Of a stretch of DNA of 64,000 nucleotides, positions 48,201 through 61,580 are shown piece by piece. Origin of the DNA: Lama guanicoe. Taxonomy: Eukaryota. Under the pieces are notes generated by a model. The model was given only the letters and a program-made list of their open reading frames with translations. It was not told the DNA's origin and searched no databases. Position 1 is the stretch's first letter. Every line of letters begins with the position of its first letter. The translations under genes and the position numbers were made by a program. The DNA lies in assembly GCA_013239625.1 (NCBI GenBank), contig MU054323.1, positions 7,801,220 through 7,865,219 of the forward strand. Reading direction: 5' to 3'.

Positions 48201-50430
48201 TGCTATTTTTGCAACTTTTCTGTTAAGATAATTTCAAAATAAAAAGTTTCTTGTATCTATGTTTCTCCCAAAAGGGGGACGTGGAAGTAGATGAAGAAAT
48301 AGTTGCAAGCCAGAAGACAGTGGAATTATATATTTAAGGTTCTGAAAGGAAGCAGGGAGGGGATAGCTCAGTGGTAGAGTGTGTGCTTAGCATGTACGAG
48401 GTCCTGGGTTCAATCCTCACTACCTCCATTAAAACATAAATAAATTAACCTAACCACCCCCCCAAAATAAATAAAGGTTTAAAAAAAATAAAGTTCTGAA
48501 AGGGAAAAACTGTCAGGTTAGAATTCAATCCTAACAAAAATATCCTTCAAAATAAAACCAAAATAAAGACATTTTCCAGACAAAACCTGAGAGAATCTCT
48601 TGCTTACAGTCTTGCACTATTGAAAATGTTAAGTTTTTCAGGTTGAATGAAAGCATTCCAGTTAGAAACTCAGATCTACACAGAGGAATGAAGAGGTTAA
48701 GAAATGGTAAATGTGTGGGGAAATATAAAATACTTTTTTCTCAAATTTTAATTTATTTTGAAGACTATTGACTCTTTAAAGCAAAAATTTTAATGTTTTA
48801 TAGGATTCATAATATTTAGAAGTAAAATGTAGAAGTATAACATGTAGGATAAAAAATTTTAAAAACTAATAGCCCAGTAATGGGAGGGGAGAAAACAGAA
48901 GTATACTTCTATAAGGTTCTTACATTAATACCAGAAGTGGTATAATATGGTTTGAAGATAAGCTGTGTTAAGTTAAAAATATATATTATAAACCCTAGCG
49001 CAGCCACTAAAAAAAGTTAGATATATCTAATAAGTTACTAACCATAAAAGCTCAAATGACTATTAATATCAGACAAAGTAGGTTTCAGAGCAAGGGATAT
49101 ATTTTCAGTGATAGAGATGTTTCATGCTGATAAAGCTGTCAGTTTATCATATTTATATATGTAATAACAGAGTTTCAAAACTCCTAAAGCAAAAACTGGC
49201 AGAATTGGAAAGAGAAATAGATAATCCACAATTATATAGTTGGATATTTCACCATTCCTCTTGAGTAACTGGTAGAAGTAAGTAGACATATATTAAAGAA
49301 ATTGAATCTTAAATTTAAAAACCTTGGAAAGAAACCACAAGGCCTAGGCAGCTTCACTGGGTGAATGTTATCAAGCATTTAAGGAAGAAAATACCAATCT
49401 TAAACTATTTTCAGTAAATACAGGAGGAGGGCACACTTTCAGATCATTTATTGAACCAGCCTTGTCTTGAATACGAAAACCAGACAAAGATAAGACCTGT
49501 TCCTAATTAGCATTAAAATGTCCTTCATGAACATGTACATAAGAACTCTCATCTAAATAATTTCAAATCAATTCCAGGAACTTATAAAATGAATATATTG
49601 ACCACATGGGGTTTTTTCAGGAATCCAATGTTGTCTTCACATCCAGTCAGTTTTAGTTAGCTGCCTTAATGGAATAAAGAAAAATCATGAACATTTTTAG
49701 TAGGTATAGAAAAACATTTGACAAAATGCCAGCCTCATTTTGCATCATGATATCTAAGCAAGCTAGGAATAGAACATTTCCTCTATCTACTCAATGATGT
49801 ACTAGTTAACATACTTTAATGGTAAAGCTTTCAGTCTAAGCTTTCTCTCTTAAGGATCAAGTACAAAACAACAATATATTAGATATTAGAGGTTCTAGCT
49901 AGTACAATAAGTCAAGAGAAACAAGTCAGTTTCAAAAGGGAGATGATATGAAAGTGCCTGTTTGCAAACTACCTGATTTTGTATATATATATATAATATA
50001 TACATTACATATATATATACACACCCACATAGAAAATTCTGAGAAGCAACCTCCCCCTGAAAAAAAAAGAAGAGCAGCTAGAATTAATAATTTAATGTAG
50101 CAAGTTTACAGGATGGAAGGTCAGTACACAGAAGGAATTTTGTATTTAGAAGTAAACAACTGGAAAATGAAACTTTAAAGATATACAAGGACCTAGGCAC
50201 TAAAAACTACAGAATACTGCTGAGAGACCTCAAAGTTCTTATATTTATACCAGACGTGGTATAATACTGTTTGAAGATAAGCTCTGCTGAGTTAAAAATG
50301 TATATTACAAACCCTAGCACAACCACTAAAAAAAAATTAGATATATCTAACAAGTTACTAATCATAATAAAGCTCAAATGACTATTTAACAGAGAACTCT
50401 ACCATATTCATGGATTAGAAGGCTCATTGT
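45280..50430 (+). mobile_element. Long degenerate L1 (5'UTR-ORF1-ORF2 part) with nested L1MC-like 3' end (~46710-48247) and SINE
   Basis: ORF1p-like remnant in ORF 46334-46678. ORF2 motifs at 49050-50430. ORF1 sequence resumes at ~48300 after the nested insert. Confidence 0.8.
48355..48488 (+). mobile_element. tRNA-derived SINE (Vic-1-like)
   Basis: Full head, flanked by taaggttctgaaagg / taaagttctgaaagg. Confidence 0.92.
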
Positions 50431-50439
50431 CACTGTACT

Positions 50440-50760
50440 CAAACCCCTAACTATCTTTCTTGAACACTCCAAGCATATTTCCCCCTCAGGCCCTTGGTAC
50501 TTACTATTTCCTGTGCCTGAAACACTCCCCAGATATTCACACGGCTTGTTCCCAAACCTCTTTGAGGTCATTGCACAAAGGTCTTCAGTAAGACATTCCC
50601 TGATTTCCTTAATATAAAATAGCTCTCCCTCCATTCTTGTTTATACCATTTATCACTACTAACACTATTAACATTTGATTGATTGATTGATTGTCTCTCT
50701 TCTCCAGAATGTAAATTGCCTCAACAGAGGATTTTTATCTGCTTCGTTCAGTGCCAAGTA
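50440..50760 (+). mobile_element. L2 3' fragment
   Basis: ccttggtacttactatttcctgtgcctgaaacactcccc...ctccagaatgtaaa. Confidence 0.75.
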
Positions 50761-51004
50761 TATAGTCTAATTTATTCTACTGAAACACACATTACTATGA
50801 CATGAAATAGTTCATAGATAATACATGTATAGGCATATATGACATTACACTAGAAATGCTTGTATTATCCCTCTATTACAGCTTAGGATGTAGTTGGAAA
50901 AAGTTGAATTTAGCTTTGGTTTTGTCAGTAATTTCTCAGTTCCCAGGCATGTATCCTGTCTCTTGAATTTCAAAAGTTAAAATCAGTGGAGTTATGACAT
51001 GCAG

Positions 51005-51992
51005 CAAAGGAGAAAAATAGATAATTGGACTTCATCAAAATTGAAAACTTATATGCATTGAAGGAAATCAAGAAAATGAAGACAGCCTGCAGAATGGAGG
51101 AAATAATTTGCAAATCATGTATCTGATACGAGTCTCGTATCCAGAAGGTACAAAGAATGCTTACAAGCTCAACAGAAAGACGTCTTGATTTAAAAGTGGG
51201 CAAATGATAAGACATTTCTCCAAAGATACACAAATGGCTAACAAGCACATGAACTGATATTCAGCATCATTAATCATTAGGAAAATGCAAATCAAAACTA
51301 CAGTGAGGCACCACGTCATATGTACGCCCTAGGACGACTTAAAAAAAGGAAAATAATAAGCATTTGTTAGGATGTAGAAAATTGAACCATCACATATTGC
51401 TAGTGACATGGTGCAGCTGCTATGGAAAACATTGGTTCCTCAAGAAGTTAAACATAAAATTATTATATGACCCAGCAATTCCACTCCTTGTATATACCCC
51501 AAAGAATTGAAAACAAGTACTCAAACACATGCACATGCGTATTCATAGCAACACTTTTACCAAAGCCAAAAGGTGAAAACAGCCCAGTCCCATCAACAGA
51601 TGGGTGGATAAGTGCATTATGGTACATATACATATGATGGAATATTATTCAGTCATAAAAAGAAATGAGGTACTGGTTTGAGCTGTGATGTGGATGGACC
51701 GTGAAAAATGGTAAGTGGAAGAAGCCAGACACAAAAGATTACCTGTTACATGTTTTCATCTATACAAAATATCCAGAATAGTTAAATCTATAGAGACAGA
51801 ATACAGACTGATTTCCAGGGGAGTAGTGGGAGGGGATAAAGGAAGGCCACTGCTTAATGGGTATGAAGTTTCCTTTTGAGATGATGAAATGTTTTACAGC
51901 TAGATAGAGGTGGTGGTTGCACAATGTTGTGAATGTACTGAATTGTTCACTTTAAAATGGTGAATTTTATGTTATGCGCATTTTACCTCAAT
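51005..51992 (+). mobile_element. L1MB-like 3' region
   Basis: Colinear with the L1 at 1270-2320 and ends ttttacctcaata. Confidence 0.9.
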
Positions 51993-53469
51993 AGAAGATG
52001 AGGTTACTGAACTTAAAGTAGTGATGAGTGTGCATTATCTGAAATCCAGCAGACATGGAATTGAGTTCTGGTTATGCCACCTATTCTGTGACTTTAAGTA
52101 AATTACCATAAATTTTCTGTTTTGTAAAATAGGCATATTAGTACTTTCTCAAAGGGTTTTTGTGAATATTAGACAAGACGGTATATGTGAAATGCTTAGT
52201 AATACCCAGTAAATACTAGTGGGGTATTTGGGTTTTTTTGTTTTTTTGCTGCTGCTGTTGATTTTTATTTTATTCTTCATTTGTAGAATGGAAATAATAG
52301 TATGGACTAAGATTGTTCTGATGGTTCAATAAGTTAATCTATGCAAAGGGCTTAAAACAGTGCCTGACGCATTGTAAATTATCAGTGTTCACTAAGCTAT
52401 TAGTACTATATGGAAGGATCTTCAGAGGGAACTCTTTTGCATTCTGCATTTTCACATCTGCATCCTAGTAAAGAAACTAATGTCCATATTGGGAAATGGC
52501 CTTTTCCAAATTTATACTGTTAATGACAGAAGTAGGACTAGACTTGATCTCTTAAATTCCAAACTAAGCTAAGTTCAAAGGATTGTAGGTATATAATTTT
52601 AATTTTTTTCTGATGTTTTGAAAACACTTGATTTCCACTTGTTAAAAACCACAGATATTAAGGCACAGATATTGATCATTTAGCTATAAGTTGTTATAAA
52701 CTTTGGTTGTCTGGAGTTTGTTGTATAGGTTGTTTCTGCCTGCATTAATTACTGTGTATTGATGTATGTGTCATCAGAAGCCAAGCTTTGGAAAACTTAC
52801 CTGCAGTGGCTAGAAGTTGCAGTTACTCTTCTCGCCACTGGATGGTGCTCCTGCAACATTATTTAGGCACATCTTTTGGCTGGTACTGTTTCTCACTTTC
52901 TTGAGGAGCAGAACATTGATAAGTGAGTTAGACTCCAGTAAATTGAAATACTTGTTTGAACTGGGTCCCAAGAATCTGTAAAAAGTGAGGATTTCCTTTA
53001 CTATGTTTTTACATAAGCAGAACCTGAAAAAAGAATCACTGGTTGGATTAAACCCTATAATTTTACTGTAGCCTGTGGTCATTTAATAAATGATAGTGTT
53101 ACAGGAGAATCTGATTCCTCCTGGCAGAATCTTAAAGAGTGATGTTTTCCTAGCTTCTGTTTGCGACTAAGCTATTGATCTTACTCTAATCCCTAAATTT
53201 TATCAAAAACTTCTACCATATCTCAAGTATAGGTTTTTCCAACATTTGGGGGTATAGAAAGTACATGCTGGAGTGACAAAGGTACTTGCTTGGAGAAAGT
53301 GCACAGCTGTAAAAGTTTTGTTTCAGGGTGACTATAGAAGGAAGACTAGAAGGAGTGAGACTACAGGGGTAGCTTGGGGCCATGCTAGAAATTCAGTGAT
53401 CCAGTTGGAGTGTTCGAGTAGTGGAGAGAGCATTTATAAACATACCTCTTCCTCTGTTTACTGAATTTT

Positions 53470-55140
53470 TATTTCTATTAATATAATAACTACAAAGTTT
53501 TAGAAGTCAGCTAGCACTTCAAGGCCAATGACAACAGGAGAAACAGCAATAAATCCTGTTCCATGATCACCTAGGTGTTACCTTTCCCAAACATTTTTTG
53601 GCTTTTTCTTATGATATTCAACCCCATGTTCGCTAGTCCTATGTTTTTAACTTTTTAAAAAGTTAATTTGAGAAATTTTCTCTTATTGTTATGGAAGGTA
53701 AGAATTAAATATTCTTATACCACCAGATACTCTTGATGCTTCTCACTTCATCTTCTCAAATAGTTATAATACACATGTTTGTTCACTCTAAACCAAGTAG
53801 TATACTATAATTGCATTTCCTTTCTTGGATAACTTCTGTTTTTACTGAAGTTTATAGTTTCTTCTTTGTTACGTATGCATAGATTTCAAGGCACTATCCA
53901 TACTTTATCCTAGACTCTACAACAGAATTGCCAAATCCTCTGAATTCTTTTCATACAGACTCCATTGATACCATTTCATCCTCTCCCCCTCTTAGGAGGT
54001 AGACCTCTTAGAACTTTCTCTTTTTTTTCTGTCCAGTTGTTTTCTGTCCTCATTCTCTTCTGAACTGATTGCTCTCTAGGCCAGTCTGAACTACCCTTTA
54101 CCTCACTCTCTTTGGTGGAATTCTTTTCTTCCTACTTCATAGTAGTTTCCTTATAAAAGATGCATGAGAGCTAAGTATTTTGAGATCTATCATGTCTGGA
54201 AATGCCTGTATTTTACTCTTTCATTTGATTTGACTATTTATAGTTCAAAAATACTTTTAAAAAGACATTATCTTTTTTTAAAAAATTTCAGATAGAGGAA
54301 TTTGTTGAACCCAAGGACCTCATGCATGCTAAGCATGCACTCTATCACTGAGCTATACCCTCCCCCCAAGACATTATCTTTTTGTATTCTGGATTCTAGT
54401 GTTGCTGTTGAGAAGTCTGAGTAGTTCGGAGTTGTTATTCTTGATTGTTTAATATAGCCTAATTTGTTTCTCTGCAAGCTTTTATAATATTACCTTTATT
54501 CCTGAGAGTATCTTTAGCCCCTAAATTTTACGATAATGTAATTTGGTATAGATCTTATTCTTTATGCTAGGCACTTGGTGAGTCTTTCAGTCTAAAATAG
54601 AGTCCTTTGATTTTGTTAAATTTTCTTGCATAATTTTTAAATTACTATATTCTATATGTCATTTTCTTTGTTCTTTCTTGAACTTCTGTGAGTTAGATGT
54701 CTCACCTCCTGGTTTGATCTTCTAACTTGTCATATCTCACTTATATTTCATTCTTTGTCATTTTATTGTATTTTTCTGGGCGAATTCAATTTTTCTCTTA
54801 CAGCCTTTCTGTTGAATATGTTATTTCTACTTCTTTAATTTCCAGGAGTTTTCTTGTTCAAATTCCTTTTCTCCCCTACCTTTTCCACCTATCTTGTTCT
54901 GAAAAGATAAAAGGAACTGTATCTTTTCCTATGCATTGCACCTGTCTCCTCCAGGTTCCCTTTTTTGTTTGTTTTCGCTTGTTTATTTTGGTATATCATT
55001 GGAACTTTTGTCCATGTTTTGGCCTGAAACTCTAAAAAGCTCATTGGAAGCTAAGTGAACAGTTGTGGAGTTTGTCAAATGGTGAGTTTCACTCTAAAGG
55101 TGAAGTATCTATGTCTTTTCTTGGGGACCCTTTTCCTTTC
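53470..55140 (-). mobile_element. Old HAL1/L1M ORF1-region remnant
   Basis: Similar to 24700-26300 (catgtctggaaatgcctgtattttactc, ctagtgttgctgttgagaagtctga). Confidence 0.6.
54278..54367 (-). mobile_element. Shortened Vic-1-like SINE (90 bp)
   Basis: Perfect 16-bp TSD AAGACATTATCTTTTT at 54262-54277 and 54368-54383. Confidence 0.9.
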
Positions 55141-55159
55141 TCTAGAAAACATCATTGAT

Positions 55160-55990
55160 CTGTTTATTCACATTTTTTGAATGCCTGCTTATATGTCAGG
55201 CATTGCACTAGATGCTGGGAATTTAACAGAATTAAACAGATAAAAATCCCCACTCTTGTTGGATCTTTTTTTTTGTCAAAGAGAGAAAATACACAATAGG
55301 AATAAGTAAATGCATAAAGTTTATGTAAGGAATGTTAAAGATAAAAAGTAAGGAAGAGGGTTAGAGTATTAACAATGGACATGGAGTGGGGGACATGAGG
55401 AAAAGTTGCAGCTTAGGATCTGCTAGCTAGGGGAAGGAGCTCTGATGGAGAAGAGTAGTATTCCAGGTTGAGAGAACAGTATATACAGAAGCCTTGAGGT
55501 GGGAATCTGCCTGATCTGTGTGTGGAACAAGGAAGCCGCCAATACCCTTAGTTGGGGAAGAATAAGATGTTACAGAAAACGCTGAGGTCAGAGTGGAGAG
55601 GGGGAGGTGAGCAGAATGCATAGGGCCTTATGAACTATCTTAAGGACTTTTGTTTTTAGTCTTTGTGAAAGATGGGATTTGGAGATAGTAAGCAGTTGGG
55701 TATCTTAAGTTTGGGGTACAGAGAGTGGTCTGGGCTGTGGTAATAAATTTGAGAGTTATCAGTGTGTATGTGGAATTTAAAGCCATGAAATGAGGAGAAG
55801 AGAAGTTCACTCCAATTTTTAGAAATGGTCAGAGAGGTGAGGAGAAACCGTTAATAAAGGCTGACGAGTGGCCAGAAGGGTAGGAACATCAGCAGGGTTT
55901 CTGTGCAGAAAAGAATGAAGAACTGCTTCAACTACTGCTAATTAGTTTGAGGATAGATAACATGAGATCCAGAGAGAAACTCAAGGAGTC
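55160..55990 (-). mobile_element. L2 fragment
   Basis: tttattcacattttttgaatgcctgcttatatgtcaggcattgcactagatgctggg and downstream L2 motifs. Confidence 0.8.
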
Positions 55991-56869
55991 TAGGATGAGG
56001 TTTCTATCTTGAACAGTTAGGTAGATGGCTTAAAAAAGCCTGAATTTCTTGAAAGTTTTCCACTTGTACCTGGTTTCTATCCCAAAGGGTATAGAGCTTC
56101 CAGACTGTCCTAATTTCATTCAGGAAAGTTTTCTGGAATAGTATTGGTTGTCAGGTTTGTCATTAAGATTAATTAACAAATTGTGTGCCTAACTGGAATT
56201 GTTCAGTCTTGTTCAGAGTTGTTCTTGACAACCAGATCATTTGAGGATGATTTTCTCAGTAAAGAACGAAAGTATGGGCTGTAGACATAGTTTGAGGTTT
56301 ATCAATGTCAGGCAAATGACCCCTTTTTCTTTTGATTGGGTATGGGAAACAGGCTAATGCCTCCAAGCTGAAGATTTTAAGTTAAAGAGCAGACGGATCC
56401 TGGGGTATCTACAGTACTTTTGCTTCATGTACTTTGAAGCTCTGTGTTACCAGATATATAAATATCTAGTATTTTTATGCTTTCTTAATTAATTGACCTG
56501 TTTATGAATATGAAATGATCCTTTCTATCCCTGGTTGTATTCTTTTGCTTTGCAAGCTAGTGAAGACTATATTTTTTTCCTAATAGGAAACATCTTTTTA
56601 TTCTTTTTCATTAAAATATTAGATATTTAGAATTTGAAAAATTTCTTAATTGTAGTAACTCACTTTCTCTATATAACTATTTCTTCTCCCATCTTGGATC
56701 TTATATTACTCAAATTTAAAATTGGATACATTTGCTCAGAAATGCATACTTAGGGAATTTGCAGAACCAAACAAAGATTTTGAAAGTGTGTTTTTACACT
56801 GATTAATTGTAGTATAGCCAAGTTCAGAGCAATAGATACAATTTACCTTTTTTTTTTTCTATTTTGTAG

Positions 56870-56930
56870 GAATAGACTTTAAGATCAAAACAGTTGAATT
56901 ACAAGGAAAGAAGATCAAGCTACAGATATG
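56870..56930 (+). CDS. RAB10: RAB10 exon 2 (61 nt)
   Basis: Polypyrimidine tract and ag at 56868-56869. Phase-1 join gives [21 protein letters not shown]. Donor TG|gtaagt at 56931. Exon 3 (expected to start DTAGQE) is not found in the window. Confidence 0.98.
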
Positions 56931-57479
56931 GTAAGTGATGCTAATTGACTCACTTCATGTAGTAGAATGTTAAGTTCCTAAAGATTAGGAAGTGATAGCC
57001 TTCCTTGTCAACTGTTTAAGTTTCCCTTTCTAAACCAGCAGTCAGGTGACCTTCTCTCAGTGAATTAAAAAAAAAAATTGTTGCCATGGATTTGTAATCC
57101 ATGAAATCTGGCTGACTGTTTTAGCTTTTCCAGCAACTGACCTCAGGTAAGTTACATACCACTGTGAGGCTCTTTTATCTTCATATGTAAAATGGAGATA
57201 ATATCACCTATTTCAAAAGATTGTTATAAGGATTACTTGAAATAATCTGTGTAATGCCTTTAGCACAATTCTTTGCTTGTACTCAATATAAAAAATTTAA
57301 TATAATCTTTTTGTTGTTTTGAGAGTCTTAAGCTAAAATATTTATTTTCTTTAATGTGCTTATAACATTTTAAAGGCATTACTGTTTTCACTAGTTTGTA
57401 TAGGGTTAGCCCCATAGAAATACAATAAAATTTTTAAAATTTATATTCAGGTGTGAATCATAGACTTTAAAGTTATAAT

Positions 57480-58095
57480 AGCAATAAACTTACCATCTGA
57501 TCCAGCAATCCCACTCCTAGACATATATCTGGAGGAAAATATAATTCAGAAAGACACATGTATCCCAATGTTCACAGCAGCACTGTATACAGTAGCCAAG
57601 ACATGGAAACAACCTAAGTGTCCATCAACAGATGACTAGATAAAGAAGTTGTATATAGACACAATGGAATACTACTCAGCCATAAAAAGAATAAAACAAT
57701 GCCATTTGTAGTAACATGGATGGATCTGGAGATTGTCATTCTAAGTGAAGTAAGTTGGAAAGAAAAATAGCATATGATATTGCTTATATGTGGAATCTAA
57801 AAAATGACACAAATGCACTTACCTACAGAAGAGAAACAGACTCACAAACATAGAGAACAAACTTATGGTTACCAGATGGTAAAGGGGATGGGAAAGGACA
57901 GATCAGGAGTTCAAAATTTGCACCTCTTGGGAGTAATGGAAATGTTAGCTACCTTGGTTGTGATGGTGGTTTCACAGGTGTATACATCTATCAAAATTCA
58001 TCAAATTGTACATCTGAAATATGTGTAGTTTTCTGTACAGGAATTACACCACAATAAAGATGTTTAAAAAATGAAATAAAATGTTACTAATAAAG
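57480..58095 (+). mobile_element. 5'-truncated L1 (ORF2 end plus chimeric 3'UTR) in RAB10 intron 2
   Basis: ttaccatctgatccagcaatcccactcctag...; approximate TSD aaagttataat / aaaattataat. Confidence 0.88.
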
Positions 58096-58194
58096 TAAAA
58101 TTATAATGCAGTATTTTTCAGTAAATATTAGGTGTTCTACATACATGTATTAACCCAATAAATGCAGTGACCTTGTGAAATATATGTTGTTCCT

Positions 58195-58640
58195 TTTTTT
58201 TTTAAACAGCCGTATTGCAGTATAACTGACATACAATAAACCGAATGTATTTAAAGTGTACAGTTTAGGTAAGCTTTGACATATGTAAAAATCTGAAACC
58301 ATCACCACAATCAAGATAATGAACATATCCATCACCTCAAAAGTTTCCTCAAGCCTCTTTGTAATCTCTCCTTCCTCCCTATCCCCAGTCCCCAGGCAAC
58401 TACTTGACTGCTTTTTGTCACTAGACCTGTTTCCATTTTCTAGTGCTATATACAAATGCAATCATATAATGTAATTTTTTCTTTGTCATTCTTTGGGGGG
58501 AAGGGGTTTGGCTTCTTTATTCAGCATAATTATTTTGAAAATTATCAATGATTTTATGTGTATCAGTGGATTCTCTACTTTTTATTGCTGAGTAGTATTT
58601 CACTGTTAAGATATATCACAACTTGTTTATTCACTCTAAA
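58195..58640 (-). mobile_element. Old L1 (L1MC/MD-like) 3' end
   Basis: Poly(T), then gaaaccatcaccacaatcaagataatgaacatatccatcacc. Confidence 0.8.
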
Positions 58641-61074
58641 TCTCTGTCTAGGCAAATGTTTCCTTTTCTCTTGGGTTATCCCTGTTTTATGGATAATGAA
58701 ATGGGAGGTATTTTGGAATGATTTAACCAAAGTCTTGACAACGTGTAAATGGTAGAACTGGGATGCAATTAAAATCTCAGAATGTAGGGTTGAGAGTGAC
58801 ATTATTGCTATACTGCCTTCTATAAATAGTACAAATTGTCAGTTGATTTTGCTGTTCTTTTCAGTTACTGTCATTTTCCTTTTTTCATTGCCAGTCAGCA
58901 GTTGTGTTAAATTTGAGTTCATGTTGTCTTAGGTTTTACTGTAATAGGACCTACTGTAGAATGATTATGAGGATAAGCGAATGATACATGCAAAGCACTT
59001 AAAACAGTCTGGTGTAGAATTAATATTCAAGAAGTCATAGCTGTTATCATTTGGAAATTACCCATAATAGTAGCATTTTTGAGCAGAGGAGGAAGTTTGC
59101 AAAGGAAATTGCAAAGCTATAGTTGGAGAGTTAAGAAGGAGATTTAGAAGAGAAAAATGTCCCAGTATGCAAAAGACAGTTTCAAAAAGTTTGGTGTAAT
59201 TAGAAGTAGAATATGTCTAACCAGAATGTCTTCATTTCCTGACCATGTAGTTAGAAATACAGTCTTTATAACATCCTTAAAATTTAATACAAATTTAAAT
59301 AAAATTTAGACATTTTAAAGCATTTTCTAAATTTAATGATTCTTTTTGAAGCATAATCTCCTTGATCATTGATTTTTTTCCCCCTTTAACTGAGAAATAA
59401 CTCAGTAAATGAAATATGCTTCATATTCTCTTTCATTATAATTAAAGTGACCTCAAGGGAAAGGATGTCAGTTACTTATTCTGAGTTTCAACTAGCTCCC
59501 CCCGCCTTTATTTTTAGCCCCACGTCTTATTCTGAACTTGACCCTACATAATATGTTTCAAGCCCCTCATAGGCTTTGCTTCAGTGATTGCCTCTCTTCT
59601 CAATTGTACATAATTTAAGACAATTTTCAAACTTTTTTGACAGTAAGATACATTTTACATTATGACTCTGTGACTTAATATACATGTACATGTATATGTA
59701 AGTATGTATATAACAGAAACAAAAGCATACAAGACAGTATTTTTTTCAGGTATACTTTTCTTTATATAATATATAAAACCTTTGCCCTGCTGAGTATGTC
59801 CTGTTCCTGCTTCTACACTCTGTCTTCCACAAACTTTCCCTTCTCTTTCTTGACCTTATGGCTTTAAACATTATTTTCCCCTATCATTTTAGTCTCTGTA
59901 GCTTTTAGAAGTAAACATAACAACTAACGCTTGTTTTTAAAAAGAGAGCCTTCCTCAGAAGATGCTCTTTTGGAATAGTATGTCGTCCAGTGTGTCCTTC
60001 AAGATTAATCTAGAAAAGATGTCTCCTGAACCCATAAAACTCAAGTATTGTACAGAAATGATAACATTTCTAATTTAGAGCTAATTTTTAGATATTTTAA
60101 ATAGAACCTCTCTCAGGAAAAAGACACTTCAGAAGGAAAATTTGATTTATTCTAGGTGTTCATGTATACAGCTGACTGCTTTTAATTTGAAATATCCATT
60201 TTCTTATAAAGTTTAGGAGTGACTGGTTACAATTTGTGATTAATAGTTTTTAATAGGTTAGCATTATGCCAACTGATTTTATTTCTTTGGGTTGGCATGC
60301 ATATAACATTATAGGGAGAAAAGAAGTCATGTAGTGCCAGGTTAAGAGATCTGGGATAAGCCACGTAATTCAAGAATGCTTTTATATTAAAACCCCATTG
60401 CTCGTAACTTATGATGACAACAAAATTCAAAATGCTGTCCTCAGCTTTACTGTTTTGCTTCCAGTTGCTACTAAAAAGCACAGTGATTTTTCTCTCTCTC
60501 TAGTTTGAATGAATGTATTTAGATTCTTGTTTTGGCATCAAAAATTCTTATTCTGTGTTTGAATATTAGTTTTGGAAGCTTTCTTTAGTCTGTGCTAAAG
60601 CTTTGTCTTATTTTTCTTTCCTTAAATGATCTTCACTTCTCGCTTTCTTTTCAGGAATCTTCTAGGTTAGCTGTTACACAACAGTGGAGATGGGTCTCAC
60701 TCTGTCCAAGGCACATGTGGGTAGGCCTAAAATTAGCTTGTTTGGTTGATAGAGAAGCAGCTGTGGCTTTTAAAGTCTCAGATCTCAAGAAAGTTTCTAC
60801 CACACACTATCTCTTGCTATCTACATTTTCCATAGAGCAGTGGGTCCTGCCAGGAAAACAGAGTGAGTTACTCTGAGTCTCCCTTTTCTTTCTCTTTTTG
60901 TTTTTTTTGTTTGTTTTTGTTGTTGTTTGTTTTTTTTTTTAAGGGGGGGGTCAGAAATTTTTGCCACTGTTAGCATCTGTATCTTGTACCAGCAGCAAAT
61001 TTTAACCTTCAACACAGTTTCCAGAAACCAGTAGTATCACATTGTAGAGGAATTAACCATTTACCTACACAAAG

Positions 61075-61580
61075 TGCCAGTTAACATGGGAATCATCTTT
61101 GAGTCTTCCCATTCCGTTAACCCCAACATCCAACTTAGCAATTACTGTTGATTCTGTTTCTAAAATACGTCTGGATTCCATACACAATATGCCATATCCA
61201 TTGTTGTCCCCAGTCCAAGTCACTGTTACTTTTTGGACTATTGCAGTAGGCTTTTAATATTCTAATAGGTCCTTACTTCCCCTTTTGCCTTCTTCCATTA
61301 CTTTCCCATGTGACAGCCATAGAAACCTTTTTCAAATGTAAAACTGATCATGGTTGTCATTCCTTCACCTGTTTATAACCATTTTGACTTTACATTATAT
61401 TTCAAATGAACGTCCAAATTTCAAATCCAAACTCCTGCAGCTTAGAGTGGGCCCCCGCCCACCATTTGACCTTATTTTTTGCTCCCTTGTGTATATACGC
61501 TCTACCCCTAGCTGATCTTTCAATTCCATGAACATAGCAAGCTCTTTTCCAATTTAGGACCTTTGTACATGCCCTGTAGA
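61075..61580 (+). mobile_element. L2 fragment
   Basis: gggaatcatctttgagtcttccc...ggactattgcagtagg...tcaaatgtaaaactgatcatg. Confidence 0.75.

Noticed and set aside
48355..48430. tRNA gene-like sequences here and at seven other sites
   Set aside because: They are SINE heads with family tails, A-rich ends and TSDs, not tRNA genes.
59678..59697. 20-bp palindrome ATATACATGTACATGTATAT
   Set aside because: By-product of an alternating purine-pyrimidine simple repeat.
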